From positions 12,772,001 to 12,836,000 of the forward strand of contig CM022676.1 in assembly GCA_012295275.1 (NCBI GenBank): 64,000 nucleotides of DNA, in the 5' to 3' direction. A program made the position numbers and the translations under genes. Shown here piece by piece: positions 15,219 to 30,756 of this stretch. The notes beneath the pieces are model-generated. The model worked only from the letters and a program-made list of their open reading frames with translations. It was not told the origin of the DNA and did not search any database. Source of the DNA: Chrysomallon squamiferum (lineage: Eukaryota; Animalia; Mollusca). Positions within the stretch are counted from its first letter, which is position 1; each line of letters starts with the position of its first letter.

Positions 15219-15611
15219 CAACCATAAATTGATCATTATCAACAACATTACAGGTGCTCTCTGTTTGAGTTCTTTCAGGCTTTTAAATCCCAGTCAACAG
15301 TGATCATCAGAAATGGAAAGAGACAATGTCAGAAATGGTGATTATTGCACATTTGTCATGAAAATATTTGTTTTTCTCACTTCCATGTGTAGATATTTTA
15401 CTAATATTGCATACTCCTATTTGAAAAAATTGGAGTACTTTTGTGGTAGTAGTGAAGCCTATCTCAATACATGGTCATTCACATTTGTTATTTGATGATG
15501 TTAATGTTTGGTATTCAAAAGTTCTATTTAACTAACAGGAAAATGAAAATAAATACAAAGTAAAAAAGAAAATCCAGAATATTCAGAAAATAAAAAGAAA
15601 ATAACAATAAT

Positions 15612-15671
<60 letters not shown>

Positions 15672-15751
15672 CAACAACAACAATAATAATTCAAAGACAG
15701 TCTTTAAACATATTTACATATTCTCTGAAGAACTGCATTTAGCAAACTCAC

Positions 15752-15809
15752 CCAAAATAATTTTGACTGTAACCAGATATATTAAAATAGGAGCTAAAAT
15801 CAGTGACAT
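15752..15809 (-). CDS. V-C2-TM receptor gene 1, signal-peptide exon (MSLILAPILIYLVTVKIILG)
   Basis: ttttgcag acceptor (exon from 15820), ATG at 15809, hydrophobic leader, G|gtgagt phase-1 donor. Confidence 0.8.
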
Positions 15810-16419
15810 CCTCTTATTATCTGCAAAAAAAAATAATATATAATTGTTTAATGTTAGAAAATACAAACAAAATAGGAATTTGTTTTTTGGTAAATTTTCA
15901 GTTTAATTAAATATTTTTAACGAATTATAAAGGAACAGCTTACAAAGTGTTAGATGAAGATCAATAATTAGTAGAAATATGTTACTGTTTACTTCTACCA
16001 ATGTTTTCTAAAAACTGGTGAATAATAAAGGTATTTTTTGTATTTTCTTGTAATGAGTAATGTAGTCAAACTTTGTTAGGCACACACACAAATGTAACAC
16101 TGAATTTGATTGTGAATACAGCTGTAGTTTGAATATGTCTGGTTAGCTTAGCTTTAATTGGATTACTGTACAGATTTAGCTTTAGTTTATTTGTATGCAA
16201 AAAAACATATTTACACCTCAGTTTTATTTGATAAATTTAATATTAATATTATTATTGTTGTTATTGTTATTATTAGTTTTCTCTTTTCTTTTTCATCTGT
16301 GTAGAGATTCAGTAAGATTTCAAACAAAAATATATGTTAAAATATATGTTTGAATTTCATTTTAGCAAATGATGGTATGTAATGCACAGAAATAATTACA
16401 ACTTTAGAATAATTAAATT

Positions 16420-16520
16420 AATTTTGACTGTAACCAGATATATTAAAATAGGAGCTAAATTCAGTGACATCCTCTTATTATCTGCAAAAAAAAAAATATA
16501 TATAATTGTTTAATGTTAGA
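16420..16520 (-). repeat. Partial local duplicate of the signal-peptide exon, lacking the splice donor
   Basis: Near-identical to 15759-15858, including acceptor and ATG. Confidence 0.8.
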
Positions 16521-17724
16521 CCTTCAAGTTGTAACAAATAAACAAATAAATTTAAAAAAAAAAGAAAAAGAAAAAGAAAAGTTATACTTAACAAACATTA
16601 AAAAAACTTTCTAATATATAAAATTAATATTCAATATGACTATGATAGTTGAGTACTTCTTTGTCACAGTCTGTTTCAATTTGGGATAGTACAGATGACA
16701 AAACTATACTGAGAAATGGGATCTGTTTCAGAAGTCTTAAGTACATACATTTTCTTTCTGTATCACTACCATTTTGTTTCTACAGTTTTAATTAATGATT
16801 GTAATAGTAATAATTTTGGTAGCCTGAATTTTCTGTTTTAACAAATGTTTTTAAGGTATGGTCACTTTCGATGATAGGGGAAAATTACATTCATCCCTAT
16901 AATGACATACAACAAATTAGGGGCTAAAATTGCTTGTTGGAACAATCCCCAATTTTTACTGAAGGCATTTATAGTTTGTTGATAAATCGTAGAAACAAGC
17001 CAGGGTTTTTCAATGCTTTTATTATTTATTGTTGCTGCAGCTGTTGTGGTTATTATTGTTATTATTTTATTATTAAAATGAATGACAGATGACAAAAATG
17101 TTTCATCCCACATCAATGAAAACATTACATATAAATATATTACTGCATAATATGTAGAAGAAATCTAACAAAGCTTATTAAACTGAAGTTTTGATTCTAT
17201 TTGTTTACTTATTTGTTCAAACCACCTAATAAAATAGAATATTTCAACCTGACCAATTCGTTTTCTGTATCATGCTTGTTTGTTTGCATGTGTGTATGTG
17301 TGTCTCTGTGTGTAAGCACTATATCTAAATCAAAAAGAATAGGAGTTTAAAAATAAATAAATGTTTAACAAGTGTCAACCATGCATTATAGGCTCACAGA
17401 TGCTTATTTTGAATTTTGCTAAATACTGCTGACTTAAAAAAAATATATAACATTTCTATACTTTTGTTCTGGGTTTTTTTCTTCATCTAGAGCTGAAAAA
17501 CTGATTGAAAGTTATTTCAATACAACCAAAATATGAACAATAATTACAGAAAGTTCATGTATATATTTTTAAAAGGCTTATGATCCTATTATTATAATGT
17601 CAACACACATACATTAATGGCTTTTACAAGTGTCATGTTATGTTACTTCTACTTGAATATATGATTATATTATGCAATAACATAGAAAAAGGAATAGTGT
17701 TGAACTGTAGCAGTTTTATTCATA

Positions 17725-18287
17725 GATGACCCCTCTCAGGATCCTAAGAAAGTGAGTGCAAAGCCAGTGCTGACAAGAAGAAGCAGATGATGTCCACTGA
17801 ATTAAAGCATGAAATCATGGTAAAAAGCTGCAACTCCACCCATAGGCGTTAAAATAATTTGTCTGATCTACAAGATAAGTGAATTTAACTGAAACACCAT
17901 TAATCCCTTCCAGACCATTAAAAAAACCGCCCCATTAATTTTTTTTTTTTTGTAACACGTTTTTAAATAAGAAAAATGTATTTATAAATGACAAATATTG
18001 TATAAAAACAAAATAAAAGAGAATGTAAAGAAATAAATTGGTTTTGTAGTGTATTTATCTTGGAGATCAGACAAATTATTTTAACGCCTTTATCGGCTGT
18101 TTCTGTTTCGGTATGGTACATTTCATAGACGTACTATGTTTTTCCGCCGCGAAGTAAACACGTCAATTAAACGAGTGAGTGATACGCGGAATGCTGGGAG
18201 GATAGTGTTATTCGTTGAGCCAACTTTTGCTCGCGACTCAAAGCAAAAAACCGACATTGCGACTGCTCGTAACTCGAGGTACCACTG
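17725..18287 (+). mobile_element. Tigger/pogo-like relic
   Basis: KKKQMMSTELKHEIM CENP-B-like N-terminus at about 17775-17820. Right end ...ctcgaggtaccactg|TA is a Tigger-type CAGTGG TIR. Left end not seen. Confidence 0.55.
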
Positions 18288-18599
18288 TATATCGAATGTG
18301 TATCAAATAATATCTTTCTTTGTATCCCCCTAAAAAGACCCTCCCAAAAAATCTCTCTTTAGATCGACAGATAGAAATGGTGGAACGTTCGGAGCTCTTT
18401 CCTAATAATTATAAAACTGACATGTAATTTATAAATAAACAAGCCAATCTTTCGTAAATTGTCCCGTTTTGGGGGGCCGTAGATGTTCAATGTTCTCCCC
18501 CTTGAACAATACTAATCAAAATGAATAAAAGTGTTTGTGTTTATTAATAATATTATATATAATTTATTGATGTCTAATTGACGATATGTAAAATAAAAT

Positions 18600-18700
18600 A
18601 TACCTTACTTTGGCTGCGAATAATATTACTATGCATGAAAACCCTAGTTCAGTACCGGAAATACAATGGGCGAGTCCAATATCATAACAGGAATCTATTC
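18600..18700 (-). promoter_or_regulatory. Candidate non-coding first exon / promoter of gene 1
   Basis: Minus-strand donor-like gtaagg at about 18603-18608. CCGGAA ETS-like core. Short motifs (ttactat, ttcagta, cgagtcYaat) are shared with 36749-36840 upstream of gene 2. Confidence 0.3.
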
Positions 18701-21197
18701 GGGGTAAAGAATGTACTTTTGCAAATGAAAGAAAAACTAGATATAATAAATAAAACTTAATTGCGATAATTGATGTTTTTTTATTGCTACGTTAATTATT
18801 GACATAGATATACTGCTGTTAAATGACATCGTTAAGAAGTGATAATGAAGATAATAATTCTCATTTAGGATTTGATTATTTATGGAATTTCTCTTTCCCC
18901 TCACGAAATAATACACAATTAGGCGATATAATTGGTCAAAGCTGTTAAAAGTCCAGATTTTGTCCATTTTCCTGCAGTCCCAAATTCCTTCTATAAATCC
19001 TACCATAAAAAACAAATACATGTAACTAAAGATCTTTATGTGCTCTTTTAAATGGTGTTGTTGTTCTTGTTGTATGATTAATCCGTTCTTTGTACGAGAG
19101 AGTTAACCGCGGTGGGGGTAAACGCACTTCGGCGCCCGTGGTCAGCAATTAACAGCGTGGAGTAAAATGTCCTAAAATAGGGTCGCTCTACAAACGCCTG
19201 GCTTGTTTTCGCCAAAATGGCTTCAATGTTATTTTTAGCACAGATAGAAGGGTCAAAGTTCAATCGTTCTAACCGTGTGCATGTCGTCGCTGGCAATCGC
19301 ATATGTCAAAAGTTGTATCCAAAAATGGACTTTTTCATGCCTTCAAACCAATTTTGAAAAAAAAAAATGGCTGAAAATAAAACCTATGTTCGCGGGATCA
19401 AATAAAAGATCATTCAGCTACCTTTCAAACAATGTGCGACACTACGGTGTGTCTTCTTTGGCGAAAAGAAGCTCCGCGTTTGAACGTAGCACGTGCTTAT
19501 GTACAGCTAGAAAGGTCTGGCGCTGTTTAAAATGATTATATTTATATGTTGTTTATATTTTTAATAACTTGTTTGCTGATTGTTTTTCTTCAATGTTCCT
19601 ACTTTTAGTGTATACATTATAGCATGTGCGTAGCAAAAACGTGTTCTGAAATAAATAAAATTAACATTGTTTCGCCGATTACTATCTTCAGTTTAAAACC
19701 GTCGATTATTTTGCTTTCAAAATTCTTGCTATAAACGTCGAATTAAGAATCGTAAACATAACAAACTATGCAATATAATAGAACAATGTATTCAGAGGTA
19801 TTGATGGAATGCTGAATAAAAATTTAATCACTTTTTTTAAAATATAAAATCATAAATTGATCAGTTTTAAAACATTATTTTTGCTTGTTGATAAGCTCTA
19901 TCAGAGAAAATGTCAACAATGGTCAGATGATAGGTAACTTTTGTTTGCTGCCAAATCACAGCAAGTACGAAGCTAAGAAAATTATTTTATGTTTGCTTCA
20001 AATGACAGACTTATAACACCTGTGTCTTTAATTGCCTCTAGTCTCATGATTACATACATTTTATTGTCCCTGATTAATACCTGCAAGACCTTTCTGGAGT
20101 TGACTCCAAGGATTAGCTGAGTTTATGTATTGCAAAGGAATATGGTTAAACATCAAATGCTTGTAGACCTTTTACGTAACATTTATATATATATGATATA
20201 TACACATCTCAGTATCTTAACTTATTATTATCAATTATTTAACAGATGTAAAATTGAAGCTGCTTATGTAAATAAAGTTGTGCTGTTCTATATAAATTGA
20301 AAAGGTAATTTTTTTTATTACAAATGTTAGCTGTAAGTATGTCATTTGAAAGATCTTGATAAATCGTTCACAACACAGGTTGAATTTGTCAAATAAGACA
20401 AAAACTGAAACCACAATGTCTATTTGAACTTTTAGTCATTCTACTGTGTGTTTTTTTGAAGATTTTGGCATGTTTAGCACGTGATTGTGAACACACATAC
20501 AAACCTACAGGTCTGAAAAAAATTGAGTTCATTTAGCAAGTTGGTCCCATCACTCTTGTTGATTTTCAGCCTTTTGTGTCAATTACTTTTCAAACTACAT
20601 TTGGCCGAAGTAGCCCTTTCTGCTAATTAGCCAAAATAGGGCTAAAAAACAACCAGATACCTGTCGTACTGATTTGCATATACCTTCTTAACCACTGGAG
20701 ATAGAGTAATAATGTTTTGTGTGTTTTCATTCTTTTTGCCACAGCTTTCATTATGTGATATTTGTTTTGCATATTATGTGAAATTAAAGTCAGAAAAAAT
20801 TTGCCTGCCGGTACTAACATAGTGTGAAACGATTATTTTATCTCTTTGTAGTAACGTGGACTGTTCCACACCACATCCGTTGTAAGATAAAAAGTATATC
20901 AGTATGCAGCACCGATGTAGTACGAATCTGATTTCTGTCATTTTGTATTTGGTGATGTTAACTAATTTCTTTCTGAAAAAGAATGATCTCCTGATTTGAT
21001 GTAACTTGTAAGTGGACATTTATTGTTATTTGGTAATGTAACATGTTGCGTTTTTAATTTAGACCTTGTCTAAATATCACTGTTACTGTTATTAACAGTG
21101 TTAATATCAGTAGTTGAACAGACGTTTTACTATTGAGTGTTTTGTTAGAATCTGTTATCAGTTTTTGAGTATTTGATCTGCTGTTAATTTAAATTGG

Positions 21198-21229
<32 letters not shown>

Positions 21230-22549
21230 ATTGCTTTTCACCTCTGTCAGAAAATTATACTTTGTTAACCTTTTCTCACCCTTTGTTTCTTCGACAGCCT
21301 CTTTTTCCCAACCAGATACACCTTCATACCGGTACCCCTATTACTGTTTTGCCCGAAGTGTCTCTAAGGTCCTGAATTTATATTACTTACATAAATATAT
21401 CAACATAAACACACATAGACATATATAGATCCATACGTAGGATTATTTTAAAAATACATACACAAACATACATATGCATAAACATGATTAGCATTTTCGA
21501 AAATCTCAATTTTTGAAGGCCTAGCCTGAAGTAAGATTGACTCTGACAAAATGTATCATACGTCACCAAATCTGTTTTCCTCCAGTTTTCATTAACTATT
21601 TTCATCAGAAATTGCCATAACTGAATGAGGATATTTGTACCATTTGGGTGACTACTATGTTATTAGAGTGAAATACTGTGACTATCAAACACTGTAATTA
21701 AAGTTAAAGGAAATAATGAAAATCATAGGCTTTCAGAAGAACGAAAGAAAAGTAAACATTATTGTTCCTTCATAATAATTTGTTTTATCAAATTTCTCTA
21801 ATGTTTCTTCACATCTGAAGATTTACTGCTTGTTTGGTACACTTGGAACAGTTTAAAGACAACACTATTATAAATTAAATAAACTCATATTTTGAAATAA
21901 AAACACTGACTAATTGGAGACAAAATACAAACTTTCTCTCTGTTTTACTCTAATGTCACTGAAAAAAGTAAACTTAGATATCAACACAAATACTAGTATC
22001 TTCTTGCTTTGACCAAGTTTGGAAGGCCAGTTCTCTCCCACTAAACTCTTGAGTCACACACCTTTAATCTAACTAATGACATAAACACAAAATAGAGCAC
22101 GTATGATTTCCAAGTTATTGCCGATATATTTGATGTAATAAAAAATATAATTAGTTATCATAGGAGGAAAAAAAGAAATAAGTGTTTCTTTAGTTATAAA
22201 TAAATGAGAAATAAAAAGAAAAGAAAAACGGGAAAAAAGAGAAACAAGAAACCAACTTATTAGTTTTAAAAGTAATGTTTAATATAAGATTTCCTCGATG
22301 CATAAAATCCGTCTATAACTACTGTTGTCTGCAGGCATCAGTTTGTCAAGCAAATGACACTTTGTAGCACAAACAAATGCAAATGGCACTTCACACACAG
22401 ACACACACACAAGCAGAAGGATTTTGGTTCATGTCAAGCTATTTATAATTCAATCAAACATTAATAATATTTTACTGGAGCTGAGGTTATTAAGAAAGCA
22501 CTGAATACCTTTCACTTTGATACAGATATGCATATTTTTGTGTAAGGTG

Positions 22550-22580
<31 letters not shown>

Positions 22581-22799
22581 AACCTAGAATATGCAAAACA
22601 CAAAGCAAAAGGGATGGCTACAAATCAAGAATGTAAAACTAGTAGTTATAAATGTGTTGAATGGTTCCACTGAAGATGACTTCCCATTTGACTTAAAATA
22701 AATTTCTCAAGAGATTAAAATATGAATCAAGTGAAAATTGTGAAATCAGTTATTAGGCTATATGATTACTGGGTGAGTTCGTTTCAAACCTAGCAGTAA

Positions 22800-23097
22800 A
22801 TTACATGGGTCCTGCCTGGAAACTGTCTGCAAAGGCACTGAGGCAGATATCCCCAACCTGGAAAATTGAAACAACATGCTGAATCTTCCTCCACTGAACT
22901 TGCTCACAGTGGGCTAAGCATACCTGGAACATCTTTGTTGCAATACTGTTATGAAGAGTATCTGTAGAAATACAAATAATCATGGTGATGTATTGAAGGT
23001 GCTGACAGCAAAAATGCCATCAGAATTGCATAGGTATTCCATGTTCTTGGTGGTAGCAAACACAAGTTTGTCACTCTCTCCATGAGTAGTTTCCAGG
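22800..23097 (-). mobile_element. MULE (Mutator-like) transposase remnant
   Basis: LVFATTKNMEYLCNSDGIFAVSTFNTSP resembles IFATxxNLxxL...DGTFxTxP. QVQWRKIQ resembles HxxQxxWRKIQ. Multiple disruptions. Confidence 0.6.
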
Positions 23098-23449
23098 ATT
23101 TTCCTGTTTTAATAATGTTCTACAGTTTTGACAAAGTACTAAAATCCCATAGCAACATTTGTACAGACTACACATTAAATCCATGTCTGAAAGTTATTTC
23201 AATAAAGATTCCAAATAATTTACACATCTGGATTTTTTGCACAAATGATGTATTCAGTAAACTGGGTTTAATTTACAATGATATTTATTGAATTCTGTTT
23301 TGTTATCTTGATCAATACCTATTTGACTGATCAAAATAGAAAAAATGCGAAAGCATATTTTTACTAAAAGAACATTAATATTAATTAAAATGGCTAAACC
23401 TAAATTTAAAAAAATAAATGTATGTATAATATTTAACAGAAACATGCTA

Positions 23450-24670
<1,221 letters not shown>

Positions 24671-25028
24671 GAATATTAATAGAATATGATGCACAATATA
24701 AGCCATATCATAACAAAGGGCTAGCCTCAAGTCATTGATGTTATTTTCAATCATTTTAACAGGTGATTCAGATTCGATATTTGTGGCCAAAGATGGCTGA
24801 ACCACCAGTTTTCAGACCGACATATCTCAGTAAACAGCAGTCTGTTACAATTGATGGAAAGGTAATTCCTTACCGAATCCAAATCTGTGATTACTTTTAG
24901 CATTGGAGGTCAAATGTTCATAACCTTACTCTTCATAAGTAAGCTCTAGCTTCCTGTTTTACAGTTTCTGTCGCAACAGCATTTGTTTTTTTCTTTTAAT
25001 TTTTATTTTTTTACTAAAAAATAGACAG

Positions 25029-25859
25029 AATATTCTTCAACAGCCCTTCAAGGACAGTGCATTATAAATATCTATCTTCTGTTTTCTATAACATTAAAGG
25101 TTTTGAACCACTATCCAGATTTTGAATTTTCTTTGTTAATGGTACATGGATATCAGCATATAATGGTGAAAGATTTTCACACAGTAAATGAAATGTTAGA
25201 GCAATAAACCCTGTCTAAATATTTTGTGAAACTCAAAATCTGAAAATAAATATTTTACCCATGTGTCACTTCATCACCTGTTGTTTTGTTGTACAGCTCT
25301 GTTACTAATATTAAGGTTAACAGTGCTTTCCATATTACTTATAAATATAATAAAGATATAAAATATAAAATAAAATTAAAATCCTTGTTTTCTTCCATTT
25401 GGAAGTAAATGTTTTATAATTTAAAAAATTAATAATGATTAATTCCCAGGATTTCTATATTTATTGTTTCATTTTCATTTTCAAGTTCCTTTGCAAAAAG
25501 GTTTCTATAACAACTGGTTCAACTCCAGGAAAGCCAGCAATTCTTACACAACTGACCTGTTCAACCAACCATTGCCATCCAGAAGCTGTAATCACATGGA
25601 CTTTAAATAGTTCAAAGATAACAGACGGCATTATCAGCTCCACTGAGACAATTGCTGACTCTGGTATTGTACCGAGGAGTAGTTTAAATGAAAAATTTAA
25701 TACATATGATAATGGGAAAAGTTTGGTTTCTTCAGTTACTAATGGCGACGGTTTACTAGTTACATTCTGTTTCTCTCTTATATCAACATTGTTACAGAAC
25801 ATTCAAGTCTAATAATTGTTAATAATAAATTACACATTTGGTGAACACTGTATATTGCG

Positions 25860-25926
<67 letters not shown>

Positions 25927-26893
25927 GTGCTTTTAAAATAACAAACCCAACATGCAGACAGCAGAACATTTTAACAACTTTAAGAATGTTTTATATACAA
26001 ATCATTAACAAATATAACTATTTTAAAGATAAAAAATCCACTTAAAATAATAGAAGAAAACAGTGAAAGCCTTATTGTCAGGGTTGAAATTCGAAACATT
26101 CGGTATATGCATAATTAAGACGTGTACATGGAGCATGGATATTAAAGCATTTCACACAGAGTTTCTATAATGTTATGAAATGTACTCGCGCCCAGAATTA
26201 ATCTCGAACAATAACAGATTTTTTTGTATGTTACAAATCGTTTTACAAAAAACAAAATCATATAACAACAACAAAAAAACAAAATAGAAAATTATATTTT
26301 TTATCTTTATTTGACCATAAGCTCTGGTTGATAACCGTCTCCAATTTTTTTGCAGAAATAATAATAATAAATATATAGATAACTAACTAAATAAATAATA
26401 ACCTTCAACTAAATTCAAACAGAGAAACATTTCAATTAAAATAAATAAAGTAGAAATAATACCACAATTGAAATTTGAAACTGTTTAAATATGGAACAAA
26501 AAAAATTACATTAAAGCACTTAACATTTAACAATGAATTTCAATAATTTTATAAATATTTAAACACTTTAATAACTGTAAGAATACTAACAACCAACGTC
26601 AACACTTTTCTTTTAAAAATGTCTTCTTTTCTGAAATGCTTTCAAATGTACTGAAAATATACCAGCATTCTAACTGATGACTTACTTCTGACTTGTAATT
26701 CTAACAAGTATTTGGTACATGTATACTAATACACTGTTTACTTACAAATGATAAAAAGAAACACAGTTTTAAATTCTATCCAATTATTCTAAAATTAAAT
26801 TCTAGAAATATACATATATAATATATTTCATTTAGAAAAACTTAAAAACAAAACAATTATATTAATATATATATATAAATATACAAAGTAAGT

Positions 26894-26933
<40 letters not shown>

Positions 26934-27494
26934 TTGAGGATAAAACCAAAGAAAACAAACAAGAATATAATTGAGATTGTTGTCAATATTTTATACATCT
27001 CATATCTCCGTGTTTATCTATCTCTGAGGAGTCTGTAGATCTACAGCAAACCAGTGATGACTAAAGTGTTGATAAACCTGAAGAAAGATAAAATAAAGAT
27101 AAAATGATAAACAAATAATTATTAGACACACGGAAATAGATAAGCACAGACACAGACATAAAAAAGACAACATATGTAGAGGGACATCATTACATACACT
27201 GATACAGGCACATCTTTACATGTACATATAGATAATACATATATACATACATACACAAGTAATTGAAGACGGTCCGACAGAAAAGTAGATATACAGAATC
27301 ACAGAAACAAACAGACTGAGCGATACTAGACATAGGTACAGATGATACATGCAGATATACTGAGAGTAAAGCTAATAAAAAATTAATAATACAATAAAAT
27401 AACTAATAAAAAGAAAATAGTTCCAAGATTACTTACATGATCATTACATAAATCATTGGAGAAAATCTGGAATCACTTCCGTTTATTTTATCTA

Positions 27495-27525
<31 letters not shown>

Positions 27526-28379
27526 CCTTTAATTACTACCAAATTTTCAGGCAGCACAACATACTCATATCTTTCAAGCACGTCTATCTCCAGAAGTGAA
27601 AGTCTTGTCCCAGTCAAGCACTTATATTCGTTCTTAATGACCTTCAAATATTCAAATGCTGACAACAGTAAAAACCTGTTTCTCAAAAAAAAAATTTGCG
27701 GTCCTAGACTATTAATTTAATTGAAATTAGCCTCCGAAAACTCAAAGCAGAGAATAGTAAGTTGTTCTTTAAGCGGAATAAAATTAACTTGCTATAGGTC
27801 ATCTGCCTATGTAAGGCGAAGTTCTTCTTTACATAATATATAATTGCATACAGTCTTCAAAGAACTGCCATAGTGAACCTTTAACTCTAACTCATTAGTG
27901 TTTCTTTGTATTTACAAAGAAGTGTATTGTGGGAAACATGTTATTTGCAATTTAAATGTGATTTAAGAGAACTGTGTGAATTATGCTTGTAAATATGAAT
28001 ACATACATACATTCATATATAGATAGATAGCTAGATAGATATATGCTTATATATACAGACATGTACATGTATATTCATTAGAAGAAACTGCTGTAAATAT
28101 TTGAATTCTCTGAAAGTTAACCTATTTTATTAATACTTTTCAGTTTTGAATTATAAAGGTGGATCTGTGTCTGTACATACATACACACAGTCGAAACTCG
28201 TCTAACAGTCAGCTGTTCAAAATCCCACCACAAATTCCCCCAAAAGCATTTCCTTCTTTAAATGAGCTGTTCTGTGCAGTCACTGGTTTATAACCGCCAG
28301 CAGCCAATGTTTTTCACTGAAAATAATCAACTGAACCTACTATAATGGTCACCGTTTTTACATATTTTAATAGCTTTCC
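25029..28379. repeat. Near-identical 3.35-kb direct duplication of 40775-44121
   Basis: Colinear, with only scattered substitutions and homopolymer differences. Confidence 0.95.
25486..25750 (+). pseudogene. Inverted orphan C2-Ig exon of the V-C2-TM family
   Basis: Homologous to 12181-12480. +1 A frameshift near the start, second Ig Cys changed to Ser (LVSS), 3' end deleted and fused to intron sequence matching 11485-11545. Upstream intron homology extends back to about 24740. Confidence 0.85.
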
Positions 28380-29758
28380 AATGGGGCTAAAAGCAGCCAG
28401 AGCCTAATGCTTGCAAAATATTTAAAATGGTTTTCACTGTTGAGTTAAAGCGAAAGTGCTACGTGTAGTGTTTAAAACATCCTGTTTTACATACAGGTTA
28501 TGAATTCACAGAAAAACTCATGATCAAGGAAACAACAACACTCCGTTTATGAGCAAATCTTTATCTTTTTCTCCATGCAATTCATAAAGTTTTTGTCTGC
28601 TTGTAAGCCAAATTAATAGAGGTTAAAAAACACTGATTCTGCACTGACTGGCTGAACTGTAACCGTCTACCACTAACCAGATAAAGTGAATGCATATAAC
28701 ATTGGCTGGGACTTTTACTGAGACTAGGATGTCAACAACTACCACTATGTTGGTATCATCCATGTCAGTGGTATCCATCATTTTCCCTGAGTCAAACACC
28801 TTCGTTATGGCTGTCTTAAGTCTGTGTTTACTCAGATTCCACAAACTTGCATAATTTACGTTAATTTAATAATGAAATGTGTTGATCAGATGAGATCATA
28901 TTATATTGTGAAAAGAATCATTTTCAAGCATTCTTGACCAGTTTTTAATTAGTGGTTTTGCATATAAAGATTTCAGATGGTTTTATTAAGAACAGTGGAA
29001 GGGGAACTGAGGTTACATGAATGATTAGCACAAGGTTAGGGCTAACAATGTGATTGTGTTACTTACTGCTTGATGGTGTTGTTTCTGTTGTCGATTCTAA
29101 TATAAACTTGCATTTATCTCACTCTGTCAGTGTGTGTGTATGTGTGTGTGTCTGAAAGACAGGCATTAAGCTGTACCTTTATCTATGTTAATAAGCAGAT
29201 TACTGAGTGTGGAACTAAAACAGTCAACATAGTATAAACTTCTTTTTAAAGCTTTTTTTTTTTTTTTGCTATATCAGAATTAGAAGATAGAAGTAAAGCT
29301 ATTCCTTGATTAGTTAAGCAGAATCCAGAAACAATCACTGGCATCTAGAAATTATCTGAAATAATGAAGAATGTAGCTAAGTATACTGAGCTGAAACAAA
29401 TAAAAAGTTTGGAATAAAAAAACAAATTAAATTTGAAACTGCTTAATTTGTTTATAATTTGATTTTCACATGAATAGTAATAATGTGTTTTGTTTTCTGA
29501 TGATCAACATTATTGTAATTCTGTCTGGTTGGATGTTGGCTCTCTGCTGTATTGTTGCTCACATCAGTTTTATTCAGTGAATCAGTGACTGACTGTTGAC
29601 AAACTTCAGATTTTGTGAGTTCTTTACAGACATCTTTACTGACTGGTTGATTTGCAGGTTTTACATTTGTCTGATTATAAGAGTAATCTTCAGAACTTTC
29701 ATTGTCTTCATCACTTCCATGGTTACCAGACATATTGTGTGAAGATTCATTAGCAATG

Positions 29759-30069
29759 CTATCTTAGCAATTCTACATCTTCAGTGTCAGTGTACTCTTG
29801 AATGTTACAATTTTCGTCTTCTTTGATATCAACAGATGCTTCAGTTTGAGACTTTTCAGTATTCATTTTACTGCTCAGTTCAATATTTGTAGTTTTATCA
29901 TTTTTCTTTGTGTTTTGGTTTCTTAGTGATATCAGACAGCATGTTATGATTATACAAAGACCTGTGACACTGATAACTGTAATCAGGATAATACAAACTA
30001 AATTACAGCCAGAACCTGATCCCAGGTTTGGAGTTGTTGTAGGAACATTTGTTGAATTTCTTTCTTCTG
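29759..30069 (-). CDS. V-C2-TM receptor gene 2, last exon: stalk, TM and truncated tail
   Basis: Stalk and TM identical in aa to gene 1. Indels near 29765-29795 shift the frame: ...DTEDVELLR* (TAG 29759-29761). The ancestral tail continues out of frame to 29452. Confidence 0.8.
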
Positions 30070-30702
30070 CTAAAAAGGAAATATGCCATTCACTGATGCA
30101 TCCATAACTAATAGTATCTGACAGTTTGAATTTGTTTATTTTTATTTTTCATGATTATAAATGTTTTAAAGTATTAGCAGAACATCTAAGAACATCTAAG
30201 TGATAACATTAAAAATTATTAATAAGTAGGATTTTGGATTAATGCCATATTAAACAATCTGGAGATTATATGATGTAACACTACAAAATCACTTATTAAA
30301 AAAATTGATACTAATGAAAAATATAAGAGGAATAGCCATGCCAGTAATAATGAAAATATTTGAGAAGAAATGAAATATACAGTTTTAAAAATTACTAAAT
30401 TATATTTAAAGTTCTATTAAGACACAGACACACACAAAATAATTCTACAATAATTGACTTGTAAATAGGAACATATATAAGGAAAACAAGAGTTGCAATC
30501 ACAATAAAAATACATTTTAATCAAACTGATTAATTCAAGAATATCGTTGTTGTTCATGTTTCTGTTTTTCATTCTTAAAATGAATTGTTTTCTGTTTAAA
30601 TTACAAATTATTTCATTAACCTCAGCTATTATTTTGTCAGTGTAGATTCCTCATATGCACAGAAGATTATACTGTATATCTTAGTTGTTTATTTGTTATA
30701 AC

Positions 30703-30756
<54 letters not shown>

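Noticed and set aside
19080-21530. CpG-richer stretch that might be a promoter or RNA gene
   Set aside because: No recognisable RNA structure or ORF. It looks like a decayed transposon, but ends and family could not be established.
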